From an uncultured Alphaproteobacteria bacterium (GTDB taxonomy: Bacteria; Pseudomonadota; Alphaproteobacteria; Rhodobacterales; Rhodobacteraceae): a stretch of DNA of 64,000 bases. The stretch is taken from NCBI GenBank assembly GCA_902573735.1, contig CACGLH010000006.1:13282-77281 (forward strand), read 5' to 3'. Each line of letters starts with the position of its first letter. The stretch's first letter is position 1. A program made the position numbers and the translations under genes. Of the stretch, positions 42,485-52,943 are shown in pieces. The notes under the pieces are model-generated. The model made no database searches, was not told the origin of the DNA, and saw only the letters and a program-made list of their open reading frames with translations.

Positions 42485-45274
42485 ATGAGCTTATATAATG
42501 CTTATTTGAATGAAATTTCAGAAAGAAAGAAAATTGGATTGTCTCCTAAACCTATTGATAGTGGAGATCTAACAAGCGAAATTGTTTCTAAAGTAAAGAA
42601 TAAAAAAAACAAGGAAAGAGATAATGCTTTAAATTTATTAATATATAATACCCTTCCTGGAACAACGTCTGCTGCTAGAGTAAAAGCAGATTTCTTAAAG
42701 GAAATCATAACAGGTAAAATTCAAATAGAAGAAATCACCCAAACCTTTGCACTTGAACTTCTTTCACACATGAAGGGAGGTCCATCTATAGAAGTTCTTT
42801 TAGATCTTTCACTTGGAGAAAACAAGAAAACTGCAAAAAAATCAGCTCAAATCTTGAAGTCCCAAATTTTTCTTTATGAACATGATACTAATAGATTAAT
42901 AGAAGCATACAAAAGTGGTAATGAAATAGCCAAGGAATTATTGATAAGCTATTCAAATGCTGAATTTTTTACAAGTTTACCCAATGTAGAGGAGGAATTA
43001 AAAATTGTTACCTATGTTGCTGCAGAAGGCGACATCTCTACAGATTTACTTTCCCCAGGTAACCAGGCTCACTCTAGATCTGACAGGGAATTACACGGTC
43101 AATGTTTTATTTCAAAAACTGCTCAAGATGAAATAAATAAACTTAAAGAGCTTCATCCTGATAAGAGGATCATGATAGTGGCAGAAAAGGGAACAATGGG
43201 TGTTGGTTCCTCTAGGATGTCTGGTATTAATAATGTAGCTCTTTGGACTGGAAAAGAATCTAGTCCATATATACCTTTTGTTAACTATTTTCCAATTGTT
43301 GCTGGGACAAATGGAATTTCACCAATATTTATGACAACAGTTGGGGTAACTGGAGGAATAGGAATTGACTTAAAAAATTGGAAAAAGAAACGAGATAATA
43401 ACGGAAATGTTATCTTAAACAATGATGGGGAACCTATTCTTGAGCAGTCTTACAGTGTAGATACTGGAACAGTTTTAGTCATAAACACAAAGAAGAAAAA
43501 ACTTTATGGTGAAGATGGTAAAGAATTAGTAGACATCTCCTCATCTTTTACTCCACAAAAAATGGAATTCATAAGAGCTGGAAGCTCTTATTCGATTATT
43601 TTTGGAAAAAAATTACAAAGCCTTGCTTCTAAGGTTCTTGGTATAAATAATAAAATTACATTTGCTCAATCAAAAATGAAACTTGCGGATGGAAAAGGGT
43701 TAACAGCTGTTGAAAAAATCTTTAATAAAAATGCAATAGATATACCACAAAATATTGTTTTACTGAGCGGTTCTGACGTAAGGGTTAAAGTTAACATTAT
43801 TGGTTCTCAGGATACAACAGGTCTTATGACTTCCCAAGAACTGGAGGCTATGGCAGCTACAAAAATATCAGACTCTGTTGATGGTGCTTATCAATCAGGT
43901 TGTCATACTGCTTCTGTTTGGGATATAAAGGCTCAGAATAATATCCCCAAACTTATGAAATTTATGAACGATTTTGGTTTAATTACTGGCCGAGATCCAA
44001 AAGAAAAATATCATCCTATGACTGATGTTATCCATAAAGTATTAAATGACCTAACAGTAGACGATTGGTCTATAATAATTGGAGGTGATTCTCATACCAG
44101 GATGTCAAAGGGAATTGCTTTTGGAGCAGACTCTGGAACAGTTGCTCTTGCACTTGCAACCGGTGAAGTATCAATGGTGATACCTGAAACAGTTAAAGTT
44201 ACCTTTAATGGTATGTTAAAAAATCATATTGATTTCAGAGATGTTGTACACTCTACTCAAGCTCAAATGTTAGATCAATTTGGTGAAAATGTTTTTCAAG
44301 GAAGAGTAATAGAAGTACACATAGGAACTTTGCTAGCAGATCAAGCTTTTACCTTTACTGATTGGACAGCTGAAATGAAGGCTAAAGCATCGATTTGCAT
44401 TTCTAGTGATGAAACCTTGATAAAATCTCTTGAAATTTCAAAAAAACGAATTCTTCTAATGATAAATAAAGGAATGGATAACGAGGATAAGACACTTCAT
44501 AAATTAATAAAAATAGCTGAAAAAAGAATTCAAGAAATTAAATCTGGTAAAATGCCAGCAATCTCACCTGATAAAGACGCAAAATATTTTGCAGAAGTTG
44601 TAGTTGATCTAGATATCATAGACGAACCTATGATAGCTGATCCAGACGTTAATAATATTGATATATCTAAAAGGTATACACATGATACTATACGACCAAT
44701 TTCCTATTATAAAGCTAACAAAAAAGTAGATTTAGGTTTTGTTGGTTCTTGTATGGTTCATAAGGGTGACATAAAAATAGTTGCTAAAATGTTAAAAAAC
44801 CTAGAGGAAAAAACAGGAACAGTAAAGTTTAAGGCTCCATTAATAGTAGCCGCTCCAACCTACAATATTATAGATGAACTAAAGGATGATGGTGATTGGG
44901 ATGTTTTACAGAAATACTCTGGATTTGAGTTTAATGATAATAACCCAAAAAATACTGCAAGAAAAAATTATAAGAATATTTTATACTTAGAAAGGCCAGG
45001 TTGCAATCTGTGTATGGGGAATCAAGAAAAAGCCGCTAAAGGTGACACCGTGCTAGCTACATCTACTAGATTGTTTAAGGGAAGAGTAGTTGAAGACTCA
45101 GAAAACAAAAAAGGCGAATCTTTACTTGCTTCTACTCCTGTAGTTGTTTTATCTGCTATTTTGGGAAGAACACCTACTATAGAAGAATATAAATCTGCAG
45201 TAGAAAATATTGATCTCACTAAATTTACACCATTAAATCAGATAAAAAATAATGGATTATCTTTGCACTTCTAA
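42485..45274 (+). CDS. acnB: Aconitate hydratase B family (AcnB-type), 929 aa
   Basis: AcnB-style N-terminus (AYLNEISERKKIGLSPKPID), plus GSQDTTG, GGDSHTRM, GSCMVH and PGCNLCMGNQ Fe-S ligand contexts. Confidence 0.85.
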   Translation: MSLYNAYLNEISERKKIGLSPKPIDSGDLTSEIVSKVKNKKNKERDNALNLLIYNTLPGTTSAARVKADFLKEIITGKIQIEEITQTFALELLSHMKGGPSIEVLLDLSLGENKKTAKKSAQILKSQIFLYEHDTNRLIEAYKSGNEIAKELLISYSNAEFFTSLPNVEEELKIVTYVAAEGDISTDLLSPGNQAHSRSDRELHGQCFISKTAQDEINKLKELHPDKRIMIVAEKGTMGVGSSRMSGINNVALWTGKESSPYIPFVNYFPIVAGTNGISPIFMTTVGVTGGIGIDLKNWKKKRDNNGNVILNNDGEPILEQSYSVDTGTVLVINTKKKKLYGEDGKELVDISSSFTPQKMEFIRAGSSYSIIFGKKLQSLASKVLGINNKITFAQSKMKLADGKGLTAVEKIFNKNAIDIPQNIVLLSGSDVRVKVNIIGSQDTTGLMTSQELEAMAATKISDSVDGAYQSGCHTASVWDIKAQNNIPKLMKFMNDFGLITGRDPKEKYHPMTDVIHKVLNDLTVDDWSIIIGGDSHTRMSKGIAFGADSGTVALALATGEVSMVIPETVKVTFNGMLKNHIDFRDVVHSTQAQMLDQFGENVFQGRVIEVHIGTLLADQAFTFTDWTAEMKAKASICISSDETLIKSLEISKKRILLMINKGMDNEDKTLHKLIKIAEKRIQEIKSGKMPAISPDKDAKYFAEVVVDLDIIDEPMIADPDVNNIDISKRYTHDTIRPISYYKANKKVDLGFVGSCMVHKGDIKIVAKMLKNLEEKTGTVKFKAPLIVAAPTYNIIDELKDDGDWDVLQKYSGFEFNDNNPKNTARKNYKNILYLERPGCNLCMGNQEKAAKGDTVLATSTRLFKGRVVEDSENKKGESLLASTPVVVLSAILGRTPTIEEYKSAVENIDLTKFTPLNQIKNNGLSLHF

Positions 45275-45279
45275 ATTAA

Positions 45280-45310
45280 GAAAGTAAATCAATCACACTT
45301 TCGATTTTTT
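45280..45310 (+). terminator. Weak candidate intrinsic terminator after acnB
   Basis: GAAAGT (45280-45285) pairs perfectly with ACTTTC (45297-45302) across an 11-nt loop, followed by GATTTTTT. The stem has only 2 GC pairs, so this is weak. Confidence 0.25.
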
Positions 45311-45523
45311 ATTGAGTTAACCTAAACTACTTAAGGATTTATAAAAATTTGGTTGAAATTATTTTTATTAAATTAATTAAATTTAATTTGTTGGTAGTTG
45401 TTGATATTTATGAGTGGTAAGGTATATTTATAAAATACTTCATTATTGTAAAAGTGATTATTACAAAAAGATGAAAAAAAATAATATATTGTAAAAAATT
45501 AAACATCTCCAAAGAAAATAAAT

Positions 45524-46303
45524 ATGCAATACTTCCAAAAATATTATATAGAGGTAAGTTGGCTATTTTTTTACTTAGTAATAATCATCAGTTGGATCTT
45601 AATATTTTTAATGATACTAGCCTCAGATAATGAAGCAAGTATTGAAAATTTCTATGGATCAGAATTTCTATCTACGTTATGTCAACCCATAAATAAAATG
45701 AGTGATTGGCCCTATGCGTTCCTTATGTGGTCTTTAATGGGTATAGCAATGATGGTTCCCACAATACAACCCACATTAAAAACTTTTGATGATTTGAGTA
45801 ACTTACATTATGTATCGAACTTCGGATTTGTCTCGCTTTTATTTGGATTTATCGTAGTTTGGATCATCTTCTCTGGTGTCGCATCTTTATTACAAATTTA
45901 TTTAACACAATTAAGTTTGGTAAAATCTGACGGTATTTTTATACATTTTATTCCCTCTGTTACTTTACTTTTTCTTGCAGCCATTTATCAATTTTCTGAT
46001 CTAAAAAAAGCTTGTTTACATAGATGCAGGCATCCACTTTTATTTTTTTTAAATGATTGGAATGGTAGTTTTGTAGCTTCTTTTATTGTTGGTTTAAGAG
46101 TTGGTTTATATTGTTTAGGTTGCTGTTGGCTTCTTATGATGCTTGCATTTGTAGGTGGAGTGATGAATTTGGGTTTTATGGGTTTAGCAACATTAGTCAT
46201 GATAGCTGAAAAACTTCCAGATTATGGACGTTACGTAACTTTGCCATTATCTCTTTTACTTTTGATTTCTGGATCAATAGTTGTTATATCGAATTTAATT
46301 TAG
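45524..46303 (+). CDS. Polytopic membrane protein, DUF2182-like (predicted metal-binding)
   Basis: 259 aa with about 6 TM helices. Has MWSLMGIAMMVPT, CLHRCRHP and CLGCCW motifs, matching my recollection of DUF2182/COG5486. Confidence 0.55.
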   Translation: MQYFQKYYIEVSWLFFYLVIIISWILIFLMILASDNEASIENFYGSEFLSTLCQPINKMSDWPYAFLMWSLMGIAMMVPTIQPTLKTFDDLSNLHYVSNFGFVSLLFGFIVVWIIFSGVASLLQIYLTQLSLVKSDGIFIHFIPSVTLLFLAAIYQFSDLKKACLHRCRHPLLFFLNDWNGSFVASFIVGLRVGLYCLGCCWLLMMLAFVGGVMNLGFMGLATLVMIAEKLPDYGRYVTLPLSLLLLISGSIVVISNLI

Positions 46304-46316
46304 AAGGAAATTATAA

Positions 46317-46952
46317 ATGAAGCCAGTATTAACAGCCTTTTTAAAAAAGTGGAAAATAAAGGGAGAATTAATATTAAATTGTAATTGCACTGTATTTTGT
46401 CCGTGTGTTGTTAGTTTAGGGAAACATCCTCCTACAGAAGGATTTTGCCAAGCTTGGGCTGGTATAAGAATTGATGAGGGATTCTATGACAAATATGACT
46501 TATCAGGTATCAATGTAGCAATGATGTTAGAAATTCCTGGTAGAATGGCCAGAGGTAACTGGAAGGCTGCAGTATTTATTGATGAAAATGCTAGTACGGA
46601 AGCTTACGATGGATTAGTTAAAATATTAAGTGGGCAAGCTAGGGGTACTACTGGACTATTTACAAAATTAGTAAGTGAAATTATGGGTGTTGAAAGTGCT
46701 GCTATTTCATATACTACAGAGGGTAAAACAAGACATTTAACTGTTGGCAATAAGATACAAGGTTCAATTACTCCTATAGTTGGTAATGATCCTAATGAAG
46801 AGGTCATGGTTAAAAATACAAGATACTGGATGGGTTCTGATATAACAGTATCTGCTGCAGATAAGGGAAGAGTAAGAGCTTTTGGCAGAGTATGGGATTT
46901 TAAAGGCTTGAGTTCAGAAATTTGCCAAATTGACTGGCACGGGCCTAACTAA
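46317..46952 (+). CDS. Soluble Cys-rich protein, DUF1326-like
   Basis: 211 aa with an N-terminal CNCTVFCPCVV cluster. It starts 13 nt after the DUF2182-like gene, and the two families are known to pair. Confidence 0.5.
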   Translation: MKPVLTAFLKKWKIKGELILNCNCTVFCPCVVSLGKHPPTEGFCQAWAGIRIDEGFYDKYDLSGINVAMMLEIPGRMARGNWKAAVFIDENASTEAYDGLVKILSGQARGTTGLFTKLVSEIMGVESAAISYTTEGKTRHLTVGNKIQGSITPIVGNDPNEEVMVKNTRYWMGSDITVSAADKGRVRAFGRVWDFKGLSSEICQIDWHGPN

Positions 46953-46986
46953 AATTTGAGTAAATAAATTAAATAAGGAGAAGAAA

Positions 46987-48228
46987 TTGGCTGAAAAAGA
47001 AGTTTATGAGTTAGGTGATAAACCGCAATTAGGTGTAGTTCCAAAGAAAATGCATGCTTTTTTAGTAAGACAAGATAGATTTGGAGCTCCAAAAGATGCT
47101 TGGAAAAGAGAAATAATAGATGTTCCAACTCTAGGACCAAAAGATGTTTTAGTTTATGTTATGGCAACTGGAATAAATTATAACAACGTCTGGGCTGCTC
47201 TAGGTTATCCTATAGATGTTATAGCAATTAGACAAAAAAAGGGAGAGCCAGAAGATTTTCATGCGGGTGGTTCTGATGCATCTGGAATTGTTTGGGCCAT
47301 TGGTAGTGAGGTAAGTAATGTAAAAGTTGGAGAAGAAGTTGTTATTCATTCGGGAACTTGGGCTCCTGATGATCCTTGGGTTGTTTCGGGGAAAGATCCT
47401 ATGCTTGCACCCAGTGTAAAAGTATGGGGATATGAAACAAATTATGGGTCTTATTGCCAATTTGCTAAGGCACAATCTCATCAAATATTAAAAAAGCCAC
47501 AACATTTAACTTGGGAAGAGTCTGCCTGTTATATGCTATGTGCCTCAACAGCTTATCGTCAATTAATGGGATGGACTGGGCATACTGTTGAAAAAGACGA
47601 TGTCGTTTTAGTCTGGGGTGCAGCTGGAGGTCTTGGTGCTTTGGCTCTTCAAATTGTTGCTGCTTTGGGCGGTAAACCGGTTGCAGTTATTTCAAGTGAA
47701 GATAAAAGACAATTTTGCTTAGATAAGGGTGCTGTTGGAGTGATTAATCGAAATAATTTTGATCATTGGGGTGTTTTACCAGATACGGACTCTGCAGATT
47801 TTAAAAATTGGGTTTCAGGAGCTAGGGCTTTTGGAAAAGCTATTTGGGATATTATAGGTGAACGTAAAAACCCTAGAATAGTTTTCGAACATCCAGGAGA
47901 AGCTACATTGCCTACTTCATGCTACGTTTGTGATTTAGGTGGAATGGTTGTTATCTGTGCTGGCACAACTGGTTACAATGTTTCTTTAGATCTAAGGTAT
48001 CATTGGATGCAACAAAAAAGACTTCAAGGTTCACATGTAGCTAATGATGAACAATCTAGGGCAGTCAATGAATTAGTAATAGCAAAAAAAGTTGATCCAT
48101 GTTTGTCTGAAACTTATAGTTTTGATCAAATAGGACATGCACATCAATTAATGCATGATAATAAACATCCTCATGGGAATATGGCTTGTCTGGTAAATTC
48201 GTTATCTAAAGGGCAAGGACGTTCTTAA
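46987..48228 (+). CDS. ccr: Crotonyl-CoA carboxylase/reductase family enzyme
   Basis: TTG start, 413 aa. The whole length resembles Ccr as I remember it ([76 protein letters not shown]). Confidence 0.8.
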   Translation: MAEKEVYELGDKPQLGVVPKKMHAFLVRQDRFGAPKDAWKREIIDVPTLGPKDVLVYVMATGINYNNVWAALGYPIDVIAIRQKKGEPEDFHAGGSDASGIVWAIGSEVSNVKVGEEVVIHSGTWAPDDPWVVSGKDPMLAPSVKVWGYETNYGSYCQFAKAQSHQILKKPQHLTWEESACYMLCASTAYRQLMGWTGHTVEKDDVVLVWGAAGGLGALALQIVAALGGKPVAVISSEDKRQFCLDKGAVGVINRNNFDHWGVLPDTDSADFKNWVSGARAFGKAIWDIIGERKNPRIVFEHPGEATLPTSCYVCDLGGMVVICAGTTGYNVSLDLRYHWMQQKRLQGSHVANDEQSRAVNELVIAKKVDPCLSETYSFDQIGHAHQLMHDNKHPHGNMACLVNSLSKGQGRS

Positions 48229-48300
48229 GGTTTTGAAAACTTTTATTGAATTTTTATTTATACATAAAATTGAATACACCTTTAGTGAAAGATTTTTCTA

Positions 48301-49539
48301 TTGAATAGGTTAGATGTTGATTTTGTAAGAAAACAATTTCCCAGTTTTCAATTTGAGGAGGTAGTAGGCAATGGCTTCTTCGAAAATGCGGGCGGTAGTT
48401 TTATGTCTAAGCAAGTAATTGAACGACTTGGTAGATATCATAATCAGAGAAGAGTTCAACCTTATTGGGTATTTAATTCGTCAAAGTTAGCTGGTGAAGA
48501 AATGGATGAATCCAGATCAAGAATGGCTGCTTTATTGAATGTCAGTAATAGTAGTCTACATTTTGGTCCTTCAACTAGTCAAAATACCTATGTTTTAGCA
48601 AATGCCTTCAAAGATCTCCAAACTGATAGAAAAGTCATTATAGTAACCAATCAGGATCATGAAGCAAATTCTGGAGTTTGGCGAAGATTAAAAAATTTTG
48701 GATATACTGTAAAAGAATGGAAGGTTAGAAAAAATACAGGATCTTTGGTTTTAGATGATTTAATAAAAATTTTGGATAAAGATGTTTGTTTGGTTACTTT
48801 CCCTCATTGTTCAAACATCATAGGTGAAATTAATCCTGTTGAGAAAATATGTGAATTATCAAAAGAAAACGGTTCTTATACTTGTGTAGATGGAGTTAGT
48901 TATGTTCCTCATTCATTTCCTAATATTAAAAAAATTGGATGTGATATTTACATGTTTTCAACTTACAAAACTTATGGACCTCATTTAGGTATAATGTATG
49001 TTGATGAAAATTTAAATAAGTTGTTACCAGTGCAAGGACACTATTTTAATGCTGAAGACCCAACTAAAACTCTAACACCAGCTGGTCCTGATCATGCGCA
49101 AATTGCATCCGTTGCTGGAATAGTTGATTACATTGAAGAAATTGATAGGCATCATTTTAAAGATAATGAGGAAATAGCTACTCATTTAAAAGCAGAAAGA
49201 ATAGGTAAATTACAGCGTGAGGCTGAAAGTGAAATTCTATTGCCTCTTTTAAATTTTTTAAAACAAAAAAAAGGAGTTAAAATTTTAGGTAATATGGATC
49301 TTTCTATAGACAAGAAAGTTCCAACTATTTCAATTGATGTCAAAGGTGATGTAGATAGAGTAGTTCAACAATTAAATAAGAAAGGACTAATGGCTGGGTC
49401 AGGTGATTTCTATGCTGTAAGATTACTTGAAACGTTAGGTATTGAATTACCTGCGGGTGTGCTTAGATTAAGCTTTGTCCATTATACGAAATCTAAAGAA
49501 ATAGACTCATTAATAGAAGCATTAGACCAAATATTATAA
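48301..49539 (+). CDS. Class-V aminotransferase-fold PLP enzyme (cysteine desulfurase-like)
   Basis: TTG start. Has VRKQFPSF...FFENAGGS at the N-terminus and FSTYKTYGPH as the putative PLP-lysine context. Confidence 0.7.
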   Translation: MNRLDVDFVRKQFPSFQFEEVVGNGFFENAGGSFMSKQVIERLGRYHNQRRVQPYWVFNSSKLAGEEMDESRSRMAALLNVSNSSLHFGPSTSQNTYVLANAFKDLQTDRKVIIVTNQDHEANSGVWRRLKNFGYTVKEWKVRKNTGSLVLDDLIKILDKDVCLVTFPHCSNIIGEINPVEKICELSKENGSYTCVDGVSYVPHSFPNIKKIGCDIYMFSTYKTYGPHLGIMYVDENLNKLLPVQGHYFNAEDPTKTLTPAGPDHAQIASVAGIVDYIEEIDRHHFKDNEEIATHLKAERIGKLQREAESEILLPLLNFLKQKKGVKILGNMDLSIDKKVPTISIDVKGDVDRVVQQLNKKGLMAGSGDFYAVRLLETLGIELPAGVLRLSFVHYTKSKEIDSLIEALDQIL

Positions 49540-49640
49540 TATTTCATATATTGTTTAAATCAGAGAAAATTTAAAATGTTGAATTTTATAATAATTAAAA
49601 TACTAACCAAAACATTAATTTAACATTTTACGAATAATAT

Positions 49641-50921
49641 ATGAAAAGCCAAAAAATTGCAGTAATTGGAGCGGGTATTTCTGGGCTTGGTTCAGCATTA
49701 ATACTTAGTGAAAATCATGAGGTATATCTTTTTGAGAAAGAAAATAGATTTGGTGGTCACTCAAATACAATAACAATAAATAAAGAAGATAAACAATTCA
49801 AAGTTGATACAGGTTTCATTGTTTATAATGACAATAACTATCCATACTTTTCCAGATTATTATCATACTTAAAAATTAAAACCATCTGGTCAGATATGTC
49901 TCTTGGTTTTTCATTTAATAATAAGAATTTTGAATATGCGTGTGATAATTTAAATAAACTTTTTGCTCAGCGTAAAAATTTCTTTAATTATGGATATATA
50001 AAATGTTTAATTCAAATTTTAAGGTTTAATAAAGAAGCGCCATTACAACTTGGCAGAGGTGATCTGAAAGGATTAACCCTTAATAAGTTTCTTGTGCAAA
50101 ATAATTATAGTAAGTTTTTTATTGATCATCTTATACTTCCAATGGCGGGTGCTATTTGGTCAACAAGTCTTTACGATATTTTAGATTTTCCTGCTGATAA
50201 GTTTGTAAACTTCTTCATAAATCATGATTTAATGACTGGTCTGAAGCCAGCCCAAAAATGGAGAACTATTGCAAACGGTTCGGAGCAATACGTTAACAAA
50301 ATTATTAACAATGTAAGAATAAAATCAAAGCTTAATGCCAATGTAATAAAAGTCGAAAGGTATCAAAATAAATGCTTGATCCATTTTTCTCAAGGTCAGA
50401 GGGAAGAATTTGATCAAGTAGTTTTTGCAATATCTCCAACAATAATTAAAAATATTCTTAGTAATCAAACACCATCTGAAAGTAAAATTCTTTCAAAATT
50501 TAAAATTTCAAAAAATAAAGCTGTATTACATTCAGATCTCAAAGTAATGCCAAGACTTAAAAAAGTATGGTCAAGTTGGAATTTCGTAAATAGTGGACTG
50601 AATGATTTTAAAGAAGATCCTCCAGGTGTAATTTATTGGATGAATAGATTACAGAATATCAATAAAGATTACCCTTTTTTTGTATCACTGAATCCAAAGA
50701 ACGATATTGACGAAAAAAAAATTTATTATGAAACTGATTACACTCATCCTCTTTTTGACATAGAGACGGTAGGGGCTCAAATAGAAATTAATAAAATTCA
50801 GGGAAAAAATGGGGTTTGGTTTGCGGGTGCTTGGTTAGGAAATGGTTTTCATGAGGATGGTTTTGAATCTGCAATAAACATTTCAAAAAAATTTAATAGT
50901 TTACCAGAATGGCTAAAATAG
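49641..50921 (+). CDS. FAD/NAD-binding oxidoreductase, amine-oxidase-like (COG2907-type)
   Basis: KIAVIGAGISGLGSA dinucleotide fold followed by E-x-GG. First gene of the DUF1365/cfa cluster. Confidence 0.75.
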   Translation: MKSQKIAVIGAGISGLGSALILSENHEVYLFEKENRFGGHSNTITINKEDKQFKVDTGFIVYNDNNYPYFSRLLSYLKIKTIWSDMSLGFSFNNKNFEYACDNLNKLFAQRKNFFNYGYIKCLIQILRFNKEAPLQLGRGDLKGLTLNKFLVQNNYSKFFIDHLILPMAGAIWSTSLYDILDFPADKFVNFFINHDLMTGLKPAQKWRTIANGSEQYVNKIINNVRIKSKLNANVIKVERYQNKCLIHFSQGQREEFDQVVFAISPTIIKNILSNQTPSESKILSKFKISKNKAVLHSDLKVMPRLKKVWSSWNFVNSGLNDFKEDPPGVIYWMNRLQNINKDYPFFVSLNPKNDIDEKKIYYETDYTHPLFDIETVGAQIEINKIQGKNGVWFAGAWLGNGFHEDGFESAINISKKFNSLPEWLK

Positions 50922-50958
50922 TATTAAATATTAAAATTATAATTTTTAGATCTATGTC

Positions 50959-51729
50959 ATGAAAAATTGTATTTATGTTGGAAATATTATGCATATGAGA
51001 TTAGTTCCGAAAAAGCATAAATTCAATTATAGAGTTTTCAGTTTATTTTTAGATTTGGATTTTATAGACAATAAGAATAATCACTTTAAATTGTTAAAAT
51101 TAAATAAGTTTGGTTTAATATCTTTTTTTAATAAAGATCATGGAAGTAGGACTAAAAATAAATTAAAGCCCTGGGTTAATTCATTACTTATTAAAAATAA
51201 CCTTCCGAAGGCTAGTAAAATATTTTTATTAAGTTTTCCAAGGATCATGGGTTTAGGGTTTAATCCTTTATCAGTTTATTTTTGTTATGATAAAAACATT
51301 TTAAAATCTATTATTTATGAAGTAAAAAATACGTTTGGCGATCAAGTTCCTTATGTTTTTGAAGCTAAAATTGATAAGGATGGAGCTATTAGACATTCCC
51401 AAAAAAAAGAAATGTATGTATCCCCTTTTATTGATATGAAACAGAATTATCATTTTTCAATATATCCACCTAATAAAAGAATAGCGATACGTATAAAAGA
51501 GGAAGGAGGAGATGGTGACATTTTGATAGCTACACAAAATGGAGTTTATAAAGAGCTAACTGATTTTAATTTACTTTTAACTTTAATAACTCACCCTCTT
51601 ATGGGTATTAAAGTAATTCTTGCAATTCATTGGCATGCACTTAGATTATTTCTAAAGGGTATACGATTTCATTCTTACACTGAGTGGGTAAGCAACAAAT
51701 ATGGATTAAAAAAGGGGGGTAATAGGTGA
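50959..51729 (+). CDS. DUF1365 family protein
   Basis: VGNIMHMRLVPKKHKFNYRVFSLFLDLD N-terminus is typical of DUF1365. GTGA overlap with the downstream methylase. Confidence 0.7.
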   Translation: MKNCIYVGNIMHMRLVPKKHKFNYRVFSLFLDLDFIDNKNNHFKLLKLNKFGLISFFNKDHGSRTKNKLKPWVNSLLIKNNLPKASKIFLLSFPRIMGLGFNPLSVYFCYDKNILKSIIYEVKNTFGDQVPYVFEAKIDKDGAIRHSQKKEMYVSPFIDMKQNYHFSIYPPNKRIAIRIKEEGGDGDILIATQNGVYKELTDFNLLLTLITHPLMGIKVILAIHWHALRLFLKGIRFHSYTEWVSNKYGLKKGGNR

Positions 51730-52931
51730 AGGAAGATAATGTAGAGAGTAAAACTAGATTACCAAGATGGTTTAATGGAGTTTCGGTAATTTTAAAAAAT
51801 CTACGTAGAGGTTCGTTAGAAATTATACTTACTGATAAAAGATCTTTTATATTTGAAGGTAAAGAAAAAGGTCCAATGGGTATAATATTTGTAAAAAATA
51901 ATGATTTTTTTTCTAGAATTATACGGGAAGGTGATAATGGTTTTCCAGAATCTTACATGGATGGTTGGTGGGACACTCCTGATTTGTTAGCTGTTCTAGA
52001 TGTGATAATGTTAAATAACAAAGAAATTGGTTATAGTTTTCCAGGTACTTTTTTATTAAGAAATTATGAAAGATTTATGCATTGGTGGAAATCCAATTCA
52101 AAAAAACAGGCCAAAAAAAATATCTTTTATCATTATGATTTAGGTAATGATTTTTACTCGAGATGGCTGGACAAATCTATGACATATTCTTCAGCTCTCT
52201 TTAATTCAGATAATGAGAGTTTGGAGAAAGCTCAAGAAAATAAATATTTTAATATTTGCAAAAATATCAATCCTAAACCTGATGATCATTTGTTGGAGAT
52301 TGGATGTGGTTGGGGAGGATTTATGGAGTATGCAATTAAAAAGTATAAGGTTAATGTTACCGGTATAACTATATCGAAGGCCCAGCATGATTTTACCAAG
52401 AAAAGATTGTTTGAAGCTGGCTTAGCTGATCGAGCTAAAGTAGTCCTTAATGATTACAGAAATCAAAGAGGTCAATTTGATGGAATAGCATCCATAGAAA
52501 TGTTTGAAGCTGTTGGAGAGAAATATTGGCCAATATATTTTAGTACCTTAAAGAATCTCATGAAAACTGGTGCTAGGTCAACATTACAAATAATTACAGT
52601 TGCAGATGAACTATTTCCAAAATATAGAAAAAATGTTGATTTTATTCAAAAATATATTTTTCCTGGTGGGATGTTACCTAGTAAAAAAGTATTAGAAAAA
52701 CAGTTTCTCCAAGTCGGTTTAAAAAATGTGAATCTCAAAAGTTTTGGTTCCAGTTACTCCAAAACCTTAAGACTATGGCACACTAGTTTCAATTCAGTAT
52801 GGGATGATATATCTTCGGTAAAATTTGATGACAGATTCAAGAGAATGTGGAACTTTTACTTAGCATCATGTGCAGCAGTTTTTCATTCAAAGACTGGGGA
52901 TGTAATTCAAGTTACTCTAAAGAAATCATAG
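51726..52931 (+). CDS. cfa: Cyclopropane-fatty-acyl-phospholipid synthase-like SAM methyltransferase
   Basis: HYDLGNDFY, the SAM motif LEIGCGWGGF, and FPGGMLPS plus a C-terminal YLASCAAVF context. Confidence 0.85.
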   Translation: MKEDNVESKTRLPRWFNGVSVILKNLRRGSLEIILTDKRSFIFEGKEKGPMGIIFVKNNDFFSRIIREGDNGFPESYMDGWWDTPDLLAVLDVIMLNNKEIGYSFPGTFLLRNYERFMHWWKSNSKKQAKKNIFYHYDLGNDFYSRWLDKSMTYSSALFNSDNESLEKAQENKYFNICKNINPKPDDHLLEIGCGWGGFMEYAIKKYKVNVTGITISKAQHDFTKKRLFEAGLADRAKVVLNDYRNQRGQFDGIASIEMFEAVGEKYWPIYFSTLKNLMKTGARSTLQIITVADELFPKYRKNVDFIQKYIFPGGMLPSKKVLEKQFLQVGLKNVNLKSFGSSYSKTLRLWHTSFNSVWDDISSVKFDDRFKRMWNFYLASCAAVFHSKTGDVIQVTLKKS

Positions 52932-52943
52932 TGTGAAATTTTC

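Noticed and set aside
45430-45460. Inverted repeat TTGTAA-N9-TTACAA upstream of the DUF2182-like gene as an operator
   Set aside because: The 6-bp A/T-rich arms are too short to distinguish from chance in this composition. It is noted only as a place to look if a regulator is found.
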